This document shows, one piece after another, positions 39,025-48,013 of a stretch of DNA of 64,000 nt. The notes below the pieces were generated by a model. That model was not told where the DNA came from and made no database searches. It saw only the letters and a list, made by a program, of their open reading frames with translations. The DNA lies in NCBI GenBank assembly GCA_947629165.1, contig CANRCR010000001.1:12729-76728 (forward strand). Direction: 5' to 3'. The translations under genes and the position numbers were made by a program. The stretch is from an uncultured Bacilli bacterium. GTDB taxonomy: Bacteria > Bacillota_I > Bacilli_A > RF39 > UBA660. Position 1 is the first letter of the stretch; the number at the start of each line of letters is the position of its first letter.

Positions 39025-40998
39025 ATGGATCCAGTAATATTTTCTTTAGATGATCCTCTCTACTTTGCTTTAAAAAACCTTTTTGAAAATAAGACGTTTC
39101 CTTTAACTACTAAAGAAAGAGCAAATATGTATTTAGAACTTGCTAAAATATTAAATACGATGGATATCGAAACGATGATATTAGCTTCGCTTTCTTTTTT
39201 AGAGAAAACGTGTCTTTATTATGATTATGAAAAAGATTATTTCTACTGGGATTCTTTTTTTCCTTTTTTATCTTTTTTATTTACGAAATATAAAAATAAA
39301 AACGATGCTGTTTTAGAACAACTTTTAAAAACAGAAAATGTGTTTGTTCAAGCGCTTCGACAAAAACCGGGTAAATATAAGAAAAGTCATCCGAATTATC
39401 GTCAATTAAAAGATGCCTTACGCCAATTAAATTCTTGTGAGCTTTTCTATTTGGAAGCCGATAAAGAAGTACAGGCGATGAATCAAGAACGAATTGCTTC
39501 TTATCTTCTTTTCCGAAAAAAGAATTTATCTTATATAAAATTAGTTTTAAAACGAATTCCTTTTCTTCCTTTGATCGAAGATCAAAAAGGGAAGTCTTTG
39601 TTTGAACAGACAATGGATCGTTACTTTGACGCTTTAAAGTCGTGGACTGTTCGACGAACGATGTGTGAATGGGAACAAGTTGTTTATTACGAAAATTTAC
39701 TTTCTTTACTCTTGTTTCACAGTGACTTAAAGCAAGTTAAATATCGTTCTAAAAAGGGAATTCAATTACAAAGATTAAAAACTTTTTTATTACATTATGA
39801 ACGACAAAAGATTTCTCCTTTGATTCAAGATGCCGTTGTTGCTTCCGTTTCTCGTGTCTTTGAGCAATTGACTTCACCTAAAGAAATTAAACTTTCTACC
39901 GATGAACTTTATATAAAATATCAAATTTCAGATCGTTTTTCTCCTACTATTTTGAAAGAAGTACGTAAAATGGATCGCCCTTTGGACGAAGATTCGGCAC
40001 TTTCTTCCGAATTAATTCTTACGATCGATGGCGTGGGTGCGCACGAAATTGACGATGGAATTTCTTGTCAACGACTTACGAATGGGAATTACTTTTTAGG
40101 AATTCATATTGCGGATCCTTTAAGTGTCATCCCGATGTTTAGTCCCATTATTCAAGAAGCTTCAAATCGCGGGACTTCAATTTATTACGATGATCAAGTA
40201 ATTCCTATGTTACCGAGTGATTTATCTTGTCATCGGCTTTCTTTAGAGAGTAATCATATGCGTTATGCACGTAGTTTTTATTTTCAAATTAAGCCGGATG
40301 GAACGGTTGAAAAAGATTCTTTTTATACGACTCATCAAGTGATTCAAGTCTATGATAATTTAACTTATAACGAAGCCAATCTGATTTTGAAAACGGGTCA
40401 TAGTGCCGATTCTAAAATATTAGAATCATTAACTTTAATGCAAGAAGTGGCGTCTAAAATTAAAGGTACGATGCCTTATTCAACCTTAGATTATTATACT
40501 ATAGATAGTCTTCTTCCATCTGAATTCGAAACGGGAACTTCCTCTCAAAAAATGGTTGAGATTATGATGCTTTTCTTAAATCATCAGGTTGCTTCCTATT
40601 ATCATCAATCTGGATATCCTTTTTTATACCGTAATCATTTAGCTTTCGATACAGATATCGAAAAATTAGAACGATTTAAAGACACGGTAAAGGGAGGTCA
40701 ATGGAAGAAAAGTATCGATTTGATGACACATTCGATGGAAAGGGCTTTCTATAGTACCGAAAATTTAGGACATAGTGCTTTAGGATACGATGCTTATACG
40801 CACGTCTCAAGTCCACTTCGAAGATATGCTGATCTATTAGTCGGGTACAGTATCGATGTATTATCAGAGAAGAATACGGATGATCAACAGATTTATGCTC
40901 TTGAAAAAGTTTTAAAGAAACAGAGTCGAAGACTGAATAGTCGCGTTCGACTTGCCAATGAATTTAGTACTTTAATCGATCATGAAAAGACCTCATAA
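39025..40998 (+). CDS. RNB-domain 3'-5' exoribonuclease (RNase II/R family), atypical architecture
   Basis: RNB motifs TIDGVGAHEIDDGISC and HSALGYDAYTHVSSPLRRYADLLV in the C-terminal half. About 330 aa of unrecognised N-terminus. No S1 domain after the RNB domain. Confidence 0.78.
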   Translation: MDPVIFSLDDPLYFALKNLFENKTFPLTTKERANMYLELAKILNTMDIETMILASLSFLEKTCLYYDYEKDYFYWDSFFPFLSFLFTKYKNKNDAVLEQLLKTENVFVQALRQKPGKYKKSHPNYRQLKDALRQLNSCELFYLEADKEVQAMNQERIASYLLFRKKNLSYIKLVLKRIPFLPLIEDQKGKSLFEQTMDRYFDALKSWTVRRTMCEWEQVVYYENLLSLLLFHSDLKQVKYRSKKGIQLQRLKTFLLHYERQKISPLIQDAVVASVSRVFEQLTSPKEIKLSTDELYIKYQISDRFSPTILKEVRKMDRPLDEDSALSSELILTIDGVGAHEIDDGISCQRLTNGNYFLGIHIADPLSVIPMFSPIIQEASNRGTSIYYDDQVIPMLPSDLSCHRLSLESNHMRYARSFYFQIKPDGTVEKDSFYTTHQVIQVYDNLTYNEANLILKTGHSADSKILESLTLMQEVASKIKGTMPYSTLDYYTIDSLLPSEFETGTSSQKMVEIMMLFLNHQVASYYHQSGYPFLYRNHLAFDTDIEKLERFKDTVKGGQWKKSIDLMTHSMERAFYSTENLGHSALGYDAYTHVSSPLRRYADLLVGYSIDVLSEKNTDDQQIYALEKVLKKQSRRLNSRVRLANEFSTLIDHEKTS

Positions 40999-41010
40999 AG
41001 GTCTTTTTTC
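40986..41010 (+). terminator. intrinsic terminator
   Basis: AAGACC (40987-40992), loop containing the stop codon, GGTCTT (41000-41005), then TTTT. Confidence 0.7.
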
Positions 41011-41039
41011 TTGACACTATTTTTGGCAATCTTTATAAT
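41011..41039 (+). promoter_or_regulatory. consensus sigma-A promoter
   Basis: TTGACA (41011-41016), 17 nt spacer, TATAAT (41034-41039). Confidence 0.75.
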
Positions 41040-41118
41040 AAAAAGTTAGTTTTACTAATTGTTTGTCCAAGGATGAGAACTTTATTTTACGTCTCTTTAC
41101 TCGGAAAGAGGGTGAATT

Positions 41119-41778
41119 ATGACCATGTTATCTGATTTTTTAGAAAATACGCGACTCGTTTCAGAATTTCCCGAAGATACTTTTCTTTTTTTGGAAGAAG
41201 TATTACAAAATTATTTACTTTTAGCAAAAAATAATATGGGATTTATTCACAAAGGAGAAATGTCTTCTTGTGTTTTTGAATCTTTAGATCAGCGCGATTA
41301 TTTTGATATTGCTTTATTTTATGTTTTCTGTAAATATGATCAAGCACATCAAAAAATATGGGGTGACTTTGCGTCTATTTCATCTCAGATTCCAAACGAT
41401 TTTTCTACTTTCTTTCTTCCACATATTCATGCGGGGACCACTTGGAAAGAACGGTTAACTTTTCCGGTCAAGGATGAACGTGAGGCTCCATCTTTCTATC
41501 AAAAATTAGAACGTGATTACTTTCCTAAAATAATTCAAAAATATCCTTTTTCTTTACGGACACCTTATGCTTTTATGTACGAGTTATATCAAAAGAAAAG
41601 TCCTATTTTAGAACACTTATTTTCTTACTATAATTTGTTATCTTACGGACAACCTATCAAAAACCATTTTTCTTATTCTTTACTCGAAAATTATTTAAAA
41701 GAAAATAGTAATCATCGTCTTTTAAATACGAATTCTCTTTTACAACAAGTAATTTATCAAAAGAAAAAGAAAAATTAA
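41119..41778 (+). CDS. hypothetical protein (219 aa)
   Basis: ORF after AGAGGGTGA RBS. No recognisable motif. 43-52 nt upstream of the AAA+ gene in the same orientation. Confidence 0.45.
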   Translation: MTMLSDFLENTRLVSEFPEDTFLFLEEVLQNYLLLAKNNMGFIHKGEMSSCVFESLDQRDYFDIALFYVFCKYDQAHQKIWGDFASISSQIPNDFSTFFLPHIHAGTTWKERLTFPVKDEREAPSFYQKLERDYFPKIIQKYPFSLRTPYAFMYELYQKKSPILEHLFSYYNLLSYGQPIKNHFSYSLLENYLKENSNHRLLNTNSLLQQVIYQKKKKN

Positions 41779-41830
41779 TATTACTCCATTTAAAAAAATG
41801 ATAGAATAATATTAAAGAGATGTGATTAAA

Positions 41831-44347
41831 ATGCTAAAAAAAGAACAACTAACCATTTTAGATATCGATCAAATTAAAAATTTGAATGTTTTAAAAAATA
41901 ATTTATCTTATACTTTAACTGATTTTGCTTTACTTACGGGAGCCGCCGTTTCGTCTCGATCTTCTCAGGGATATTGTTGGACTAAAAATCATTCTTTGGG
42001 AACGGGACGTGTGATGGTTATTTCTTCGAGTGGTCAAATCTCTTCTAAAGATGCTTTTTCGAGACATGGCGTTATTCGTCCGATTATTTTACCGGGGGAA
42101 ATTACACAAACTATTTTAGCCAACGAAGAAGAAAAAGATGGCATTATTTCCTTTGGCTATTATCCACAAGATGTGGTAAGTAGTTCCTTTGCCGAAAAGT
42201 TAGAAAAACTTTTTGTAAGTAATCAACTAAAATCGACGAATCATTTTTATACGATTGATGCACGTCCTTTTGATGATGAAGAATCCTCTTTTGTTCCTTG
42301 TCGTTTGATGGAATATGAATATCAAGGAAGAAAATTTATACGTGTGAAATCTAATTATGCTTCGAATAATGTTACTTTGTCGGATCAGCAGAAACATAAA
42401 AATCATTTTTTCGAATGGGTTGAGGTAAGTCCCGTCACTTGGATTGTCGATCACGAAAGTGGAGCCCTTATTGCTGAAAAAGGATTGCTTTCAGGAATTT
42501 CTTTTCATTCTGAAAAAGATTATCAAGGGGACTTTTCTAATACCAATTTACAGTCTTTTTTCGATCAATTCTTATTTGATAATTTATTTGAAAAAACACC
42601 TTATGAAAAAGAAGAAACAATCAAAGAATATGTTCCTTTACAAAAACCATCTATTGAAGATTTTTCGAGTTATCAAAAATTTCGCCAAACGAGTTCCAAA
42701 GAATTGAAAAATGTTTTAAATAGTGTAATCAATATCTATTATTTATTAGAACCACTTTCTATGTATTCCTCTACTAAATCGGATGGTACTCCTATATTGT
42801 GGAATGATGCTATGAAGATTTCGTTCAGTTTTCTTTATGTTGGATTACAAAAGGATCCGGATTTAAAAGATCTCTTTGAACAATATCAAATTCATTTAAA
42901 AGATTTGTTTATTCCCGTTCATTGTGATAATAAGTTGTTGTTACAAGGTTCGAAAGATCCGATTACGCCGGATTTACGAAAGGATATCTACGATCGGGCT
43001 TTTAAACCTTATCTTATGAATTTTCAAAAGGCGTTATTATCTATTTACAATCAGTATACAGATGTTCCTTATTGTTTGATTACCCCGATATTACTTTGTT
43101 ATTCTTTTTCTCATCTTTCTATGAAACCATTGTTTCGTGATTTATTGATAGCTAAAGGAATAATGAAAGAAAATGATAAATTAGAGGAGGTTGCCTTCTT
43201 TAAAGATATGCGTAACCGCGTTGTAAGTGAAGAAATATCTTCGATTATTCAAGGTATTATTCCTTCGAATATAGAAACAATTACTACTATTCCACCTAAA
43301 CGTCCAGCTGTTACTACGGAATCTTCCTCTTCGACGAATCCTCGTCGTCCTACTTTGAAACATCGCGGGAACGATATATTTTTGAAATACGGACATTTTT
43401 TAGGAGATAAAGAATATCTTACGAATCCTGCCGTCGGGCGAGAAAATGAATTACAAAGTCTCATGCTTGGACTTTTAACCCAAGAAAAATCCGTCGCATT
43501 GGTGGGACCTCCAGGCGTTGGAAAGACGGCACTTGTCGAAGGTCTTGCTTATTTAATTACTCGGGGAGAAGTTCCGAAGGCACTTCGTGATTATGATATT
43601 TTAAAAGTAAATACTTCTAGTTTAATTAGTGGAACTATTTATCGTGGTCAGTTTGAAGAAAGAGTAGAGAAGTTATTACATGAAATTGAACGAGATCATC
43701 ATGTTATTCTTTTTATTGATGAGTTACATACGGTTATTGGCTCTGGAAAAGGGGAACAATCTTCCTTAGATTTTGCTAATTTATTAAAACCATATCTCGA
43801 TCGGGGACAAGTAAAGATTATTGGTGCTACTACTTTGGATGAATATGAACGTTATATTGAACAAGATACGGCGTTGAAAAGAAGATTCAAAAAAGTAAAA
43901 GTGAAAGAACCGACGGATGAAGTTATGCTTCAGATTTTGGATAGTAGTCTCGAACGATTAAGTAAGAAAACAAAAATAGAGGTTGCTTTTAACGAAGAAG
44001 AAAAAGATTTATTGTTTACGACTTTGTTACGGGTTACAGAAAAGGCACGTAGAGTTTATGATGATCCTTTGTATAATCCGGATTTAGCTTTGTCGATTGT
44101 CGATACCGCTTTTGCGTATGCTACTTTAAAAAATGCTTCTCAAGTCGAGATGGAACATTTTGCGGAAGCGATTCGTTTAGAAGAGCGAATTTATGAAAGT
44201 ACGCGTAAGGGACTTGCGCAATTTTTGATTGATCAGTATACGGAATTAAAAGGATCTTGTGAAATGGAGAATATTCCTTCTACCGAAGAAAAACCGAAAT
44301 GTAAAGTTATTTCTTTTGCATTCTTATTTCCTAAGAAGCCTGAATAA
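41831..44347 (+). CDS. AAA+ ATPase with a single ClpA/ClpB-type NBD1 and a large unknown N-terminal region
   Basis: C-terminal third: GRENELQSLMLGLL...LVGPPGVGKTALVEGLA (Walker A, nt 43505-43528)...YRGQFEERVEKLL...ILFIDELHTVIGSG...IIGATTLDEYERYIEQDTALKRRF, close by eye to Clp/Hsp100 NBD1. There is no second NBD. The N-terminal ~520 aa are unassigned. Confidence 0.75.
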   Translation: MLKKEQLTILDIDQIKNLNVLKNNLSYTLTDFALLTGAAVSSRSSQGYCWTKNHSLGTGRVMVISSSGQISSKDAFSRHGVIRPIILPGEITQTILANEEEKDGIISFGYYPQDVVSSSFAEKLEKLFVSNQLKSTNHFYTIDARPFDDEESSFVPCRLMEYEYQGRKFIRVKSNYASNNVTLSDQQKHKNHFFEWVEVSPVTWIVDHESGALIAEKGLLSGISFHSEKDYQGDFSNTNLQSFFDQFLFDNLFEKTPYEKEETIKEYVPLQKPSIEDFSSYQKFRQTSSKELKNVLNSVINIYYLLEPLSMYSSTKSDGTPILWNDAMKISFSFLYVGLQKDPDLKDLFEQYQIHLKDLFIPVHCDNKLLLQGSKDPITPDLRKDIYDRAFKPYLMNFQKALLSIYNQYTDVPYCLITPILLCYSFSHLSMKPLFRDLLIAKGIMKENDKLEEVAFFKDMRNRVVSEEISSIIQGIIPSNIETITTIPPKRPAVTTESSSSTNPRRPTLKHRGNDIFLKYGHFLGDKEYLTNPAVGRENELQSLMLGLLTQEKSVALVGPPGVGKTALVEGLAYLITRGEVPKALRDYDILKVNTSSLISGTIYRGQFEERVEKLLHEIERDHHVILFIDELHTVIGSGKGEQSSLDFANLLKPYLDRGQVKIIGATTLDEYERYIEQDTALKRRFKKVKVKEPTDEVMLQILDSSLERLSKKTKIEVAFNEEEKDLLFTTLLRVTEKARRVYDDPLYNPDLALSIVDTAFAYATLKNASQVEMEHFAEAIRLEERIYESTRKGLAQFLIDQYTELKGSCEMENIPSTEEKPKCKVISFAFLFPKKPE

Positions 44348-44351
44348 ATGC

Positions 44352-44380
44352 TTGACAAATCAACAAGAAATGCGTATATT
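44352..44380 (+). promoter_or_regulatory. sigma-A promoter of the thrS leader
   Basis: TTGACA (44352-44357), 17 nt spacer, TATATT (44375-44380). Confidence 0.75.
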
Positions 44381-44399
44381 TTAGTTATAAAAACGTTAT

Positions 44400-44604
44400 G
44401 AAAAGAAACACGATGAATCAAGCGTGTGATTAGAAGAGAGTTCATGGTTGGTGTAAATGAATAATCCCCTTGATTCGTTACTATTCTTTCAGTTGGACTC
44501 GAAAGATGTTCCCGGGTAGATTCCGTTAAAGATTAAATTAAGTGAAACAGAGGATGGTACCGTGTTATTGCACTCCTATTACAATAGTAGTAGGAGTTTT
44601 TTTA
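44400..44604 (+). promoter_or_regulatory. T-box riboswitch leader, threonine (ACU) specifier
   Basis: Stem I base GAATCAAG (44414-44421) / CTTGATTC (44470-44477). AGAGAG-type internal motif. Specifier ACT plus A at 44480-44483. T-box core GGATGGTACCGTG (44552-44564). Terminator ACTCCTA (44572-44578) / TAGGAGT (44591-44597) followed by T7. thrS lies downstream. Confidence 0.85.
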
Positions 44605-44846
44605 TGGGGAATATTATTAATTTATTAAATCTCTATTTAGCGAAGTCTACCGATGAAATTTTGACTTTACTCGATTACGATCGGCATTTTAATGTCTTGG
44701 ATGAAACATGGGGAAATGCTTTGATGGAAGAGGTTTATAACCGAACCATTCCGAAACTAACGGTGAAAGATGGAACCGGTGATTATACTCCTATAGAGGA
44801 ACTCCCAAAGATTAAAATTAAAACGAATAGAGGAAGGAAGAGTTAA
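44604..44846 (+). CDS. hypothetical 80 aa protein co-transcribed with thrS
   Basis: ATG 44604 lies 7 nt after the GGAG that forms the 3' arm of the T-box terminator. Its stop TAA lies 1 nt before the thrS ATG. No similarity by eye to the ThrRS TGS domain. Confidence 0.45.
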   Translation: MGNIINLLNLYLAKSTDEILTLLDYDRHFNVLDETWGNALMEEVYNRTIPKLTVKDGTGDYTPIEELPKIKIKTNRGRKS

Positions 44847-44847
44847 T

Positions 44848-46602
44848 ATGATCAATATTAAAGAAGATGAAAAGTTAAGTGTTTTAAATCACAGTTGTGC
44901 CCATTTGTTAGCGCAAGCAGTTAAACACCTATATCCCGTAGCTAAATTTTGGGTTGGACCTGTCATCGAAGAAGGATTCTACTATGATATCGATTTAGGC
45001 GATACGGTTATCAAAGAAGAAGATTTAGAAAAAATCGAAAAGGAAATGAAAAAGATTTCGAAAGATGGAAAACGAATCGTTCGCGAAGAATTGACGAAAG
45101 AACAAGCGCTCGAGATGTTCCATGATGATCCTTACAAGTTAGATTTAATTCGTCGTATGGACGAAAACGAAGTCACTATTTCTGCTTATCGTCAAGGTGA
45201 TTTTGTGGATTTATGTCGTGGACCGCATGTTGAAACTGTTAAAGAAATCAAATACTTTAAACTTCTCAAAGTAAGTGGCGCTTACTGGAAAGGGGACGCT
45301 AACAACAAGATGTTACAACGTATCTATGGCATTTGCTTTGAAAATGAAGAAGATTTAAATAATCATTTGAAGGCTTTAGAAGAAGCGAAGGAACGCGACC
45401 ACCGAAAATTAGGAAAAGACCTAGAACTATTTATGTCTGACGATTTAGTTGGAAGAGGACTTCCGATGTTTTTACCAAATGGTTATATCGTTTGGCAAGA
45501 ACTTGAAAATTATATTAAAGAAAAAGAACGTAAATTAGGTTATTTACATGTGATGACTCCTTGTGTTGGTAATGTCGAACTCTATAAAAAATCAGGACAC
45601 TGGGATCATTATAAAGAAAATATGTTCCCAGCAATGGAAGTGGATGGAGAAAGTTTTGTTCTTCGACCAATGAACTGCCCACATCACATGATGATTTATG
45701 CAAGTAAACTTCATTCTTATAAAGATTTACCTATTCGTATTGGAGAAATCGCTCATGACTTCCGTTATGAAGCGAGTGGTGCTGTGAAAGGTATTGAACG
45801 GGGAAGACATTTCTGTCAAAATGACGCCCATCTATTTGTTACCAAAGAGCAGATTAAATCGGAATTTAAAAATGTTGTTGACTTGATTTTCGATGTTTAT
45901 AAAGATTTCAATATTACAAATTATCGTTGTGTTTTATCTTTACGCGATCCTTTAGATAAAGAAAAGTATCATCCGGATGACGAAATGTGGAATCAAGCTG
46001 AAAATGAATTACGTCAAGTTTTAAATGAACTAGGTATCGAATATACGGAAGAGATTGGGGAAGCTGCTTTCTATGGACCAAAATTAGATGTTAATGTACG
46101 ACCAGCCGTAGGTAATGAATATACTTTATCTACTTGTCAACTAGATTTCTGCTTACCGATGAAGTTTGATTTAAAATATATCGATAAAAATGGTGAAAAA
46201 CAAACACCGGTTGTTTTACATCGGGCTATTCTAGGTTCACTCGACCGCTTTATGGCATACATTTTAGAGGAGACGAAAGGGGCTCTTCCTGCTTGGTTAA
46301 GTCCTGTTCAAGTAAGTGTATTACCGGTTAGTCCAGAACATCAAGGGGACTATGCAAAAGTAATATCCGATTTCTTAGATGAAGAAGGAATTCGCGTTAA
46401 ATTAGATGATCGTAGTGAAAAATTAGGTTATCGTCTTAGAGAAGCTCAAACTTCGAAAATTCCGTTCATGCTCATTTTAGGTGATAAAGAAAAAGAAAAT
46501 AACACGATTAGTTATCGTCGTTACGGAAAAGAAGAAACTACTACGGTTTCAAAAGAAGAATTCTTAACCCTTTTAAAAGATGAAATAAAAAATAAAAAAT
46601 AA
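44848..46602 (+). CDS. thrS: threonine--tRNA ligase lacking the N-terminal TGS domain (584 aa)
   Basis: Begins at the editing/second-additional domain (HSCAHLLAQAVKHLYP...GPVIEEGFYYD). Class II core (FVLRPMNCPHH, FRYEASGA, RGRHFCQNDAH) and anticodon-binding domain. Confidence 0.95.
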   Translation: MINIKEDEKLSVLNHSCAHLLAQAVKHLYPVAKFWVGPVIEEGFYYDIDLGDTVIKEEDLEKIEKEMKKISKDGKRIVREELTKEQALEMFHDDPYKLDLIRRMDENEVTISAYRQGDFVDLCRGPHVETVKEIKYFKLLKVSGAYWKGDANNKMLQRIYGICFENEEDLNNHLKALEEAKERDHRKLGKDLELFMSDDLVGRGLPMFLPNGYIVWQELENYIKEKERKLGYLHVMTPCVGNVELYKKSGHWDHYKENMFPAMEVDGESFVLRPMNCPHHMMIYASKLHSYKDLPIRIGEIAHDFRYEASGAVKGIERGRHFCQNDAHLFVTKEQIKSEFKNVVDLIFDVYKDFNITNYRCVLSLRDPLDKEKYHPDDEMWNQAENELRQVLNELGIEYTEEIGEAAFYGPKLDVNVRPAVGNEYTLSTCQLDFCLPMKFDLKYIDKNGEKQTPVVLHRAILGSLDRFMAYILEETKGALPAWLSPVQVSVLPVSPEHQGDYAKVISDFLDEEGIRVKLDDRSEKLGYRLREAQTSKIPFMLILGDKEKENNTISYRRYGKEETTTVSKEEFLTLLKDEIKNKK

Positions 46603-46610
46603 TTATTGTT

Positions 46611-46640
46611 AAAGGTACTTCTTGCTAGGGAAGTACCTTT
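46611..46640 (+). terminator. hairpin/terminator after thrS
   Basis: Perfect 11-bp stem AAAGGTACTTC (46611-46621) / GAAGTACCTTT (46630-46640). The trailing U-tract is short. Confidence 0.55.
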
Positions 46641-46677
46641 ATGTTATAGTAAATGTTGCTTTAAGGGGGATTTACCT

Positions 46678-47916
46678 ATGAATCGAACATGGAAATTAAA
46701 ACTTTGTGCTTTTAGTTTGGCGGGAGTTGCTTTTCTTACGGGATGCAACAAAAAGATGGACTGTGATTTAGAAGGTGCCCATATGCATCTTTATGTTTCA
46801 GAACAGGGATTTGAGCGTTATTTAACTTCGGAATATGAACATGAAAGTGATTTTACTTGGACTTCTGAGACGACCGATAAAACGGCATTACTAGCAGCTA
46901 TGGAAAAAGAAGGACTTCTCTCTATCGAAGATAATCAAAAGATACTTCAAACCATTGTGGAAAGTAATCAACCTCATTTAGAGTATCAATATGCTTATAC
47001 CGAGGATATTTCTGAACCACCTCAAAATTATCATGCTTTTTATGATCCTTATTATGGCGCTTATTTCTTATATTATAGTGGATTATATAACAACGGTTTC
47101 TATTATGATGACAGTTATTATTATTATGACGACGATTATACTTATTATGAAAGTGATAATGGCTACAGTTATGATGATGATGGCTTTTATTATTATGATG
47201 ATTCGGAAGATAATCAAATTAATTATTGGTCTAGTTTCGATGATTCTTCTGCTACGGATGATTGGGTAAGTGATGATGATATTTGGGAAAGTGATCAATC
47301 GTATTATGAAGAGTATTGGGAAACTGACGATTATGACTATGATTATGATTTTGATTATGATTATGGCTATGACTATGATTATGACTATGATTACGACTAT
47401 GATTATGATTATGATTACGATTATGACTATGACTATAGCTATGATTACGACTACGATTATGATTGGATTCAAATAAATCCAAGTTATCAAACAGCAAATC
47501 ATTTTAAATCTCGTCCTCGTACGCGAACAAAGGAAGCACAATTTGTCGATTATGTTCCTGATCCTTCGACGGATTTATATACGGTTGCTAAAGAATATCA
47601 TCCGAACGGAAGAGATTTCTTCTATACCGGAAGTGTTCGTGAAGTAGATTATACCTATACAGTATATGGCTTACAAGAAAATGAAGATGGTACTTATACC
47701 TTAATTTCTAAAGAAGGAGTTCAAGACTTATTCCAAGAACAAAAGACGTATCCTTATTTTAAATTAAATGATTTCATTACCACTCATTATGGCGATGCCT
47801 ATTACCAAGTGGATGGTACACTTGTTGTTACTCCACCAAGTATGGAACTTCCAGAAGATGCGGTTACTAGCGATGGCAAAGTATATCAGTACGGTGGCGT
47901 TGGAAGGAGCAAATAA
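46678..47916 (+). CDS. lipoprotein with extreme Asp/Tyr-rich low-complexity core
   Basis: ATG 46678 lies 7 nt after AAGGGGGA. Signal peptide with lipobox LTGC. Central ~140 aa are dominated by D and Y, including 46 codons of almost pure (D-Y)n. The flanking domains have ordinary composition. Confidence 0.7.
   Translation: MNRTWKLKLCAFSLAGVAFLTGCNKKMDCDLEGAHMHLYVSEQGFERYLTSEYEHESDFTWTSETTDKTALLAAMEKEGLLSIEDNQKILQTIVESNQPHLEYQYAYTEDISEPPQNYHAFYDPYYGAYFLYYSGLYNNGFYYDDSYYYYDDDYTYYESDNGYSYDDDGFYYYDDSEDNQINYWSSFDDSSATDDWVSDDDIWESDQSYYEEYWETDDYDYDYDFDYDYGYDYDYDYDYDYDYDYDYDYDYDYSYDYDYDYDWIQINPSYQTANHFKSRPRTRTKEAQFVDYVPDPSTDLYTVAKEYHPNGRDFFYTGSVREVDYTYTVYGLQENEDGTYTLISKEGVQDLFQEQKTYPYFKLNDFITTHYGDAYYQVDGTLVVTPPSMELPEDAVTSDGKVYQYGGVGRSK
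47326..47463 (+). repeat. (GAY-TAY)n hexanucleotide coding repeat, 46 codons
   Basis: gac gat tat gac tat gat tat gat ttt ... gac tac gat tat gat. Wobble positions vary (GAT/GAC, TAT/TAC) and there are four interruptions (F, G, S, extra D). Confidence 0.95.
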
Positions 47917-47926
47917 AAGAATAAAA

Positions 47927-47964
47927 AAGTAGACATTTCTTTACATAAGCGATGTCTTTTTTTT
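47927..47964 (+). terminator. probable intrinsic terminator
   Basis: AGACAT (47931-47936) / ATGTCT (47952-47957) with A/T extension, followed by TTTTTTT. Confidence 0.55.
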
Positions 47965-48013
47965 GTTTGGGTATTTACTTTACGGGGGACTTTAGTGTAT
48001 TATTAAGGTAAGT

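Noticed and set aside
46991-47541. ORFs 46991..47269 (+), 47270..47476 (+), 47083..47541 (-) and 47252..47497 (-) over the Asp/Tyr repeat
   Set aside because: These are frame-shifted or antisense translations of the (GAY-TAY)n tract, giving I/M/T- or H/N/S-rich artefacts. The lipoprotein frame has the signal peptide, the RBS and normal flanking domains.
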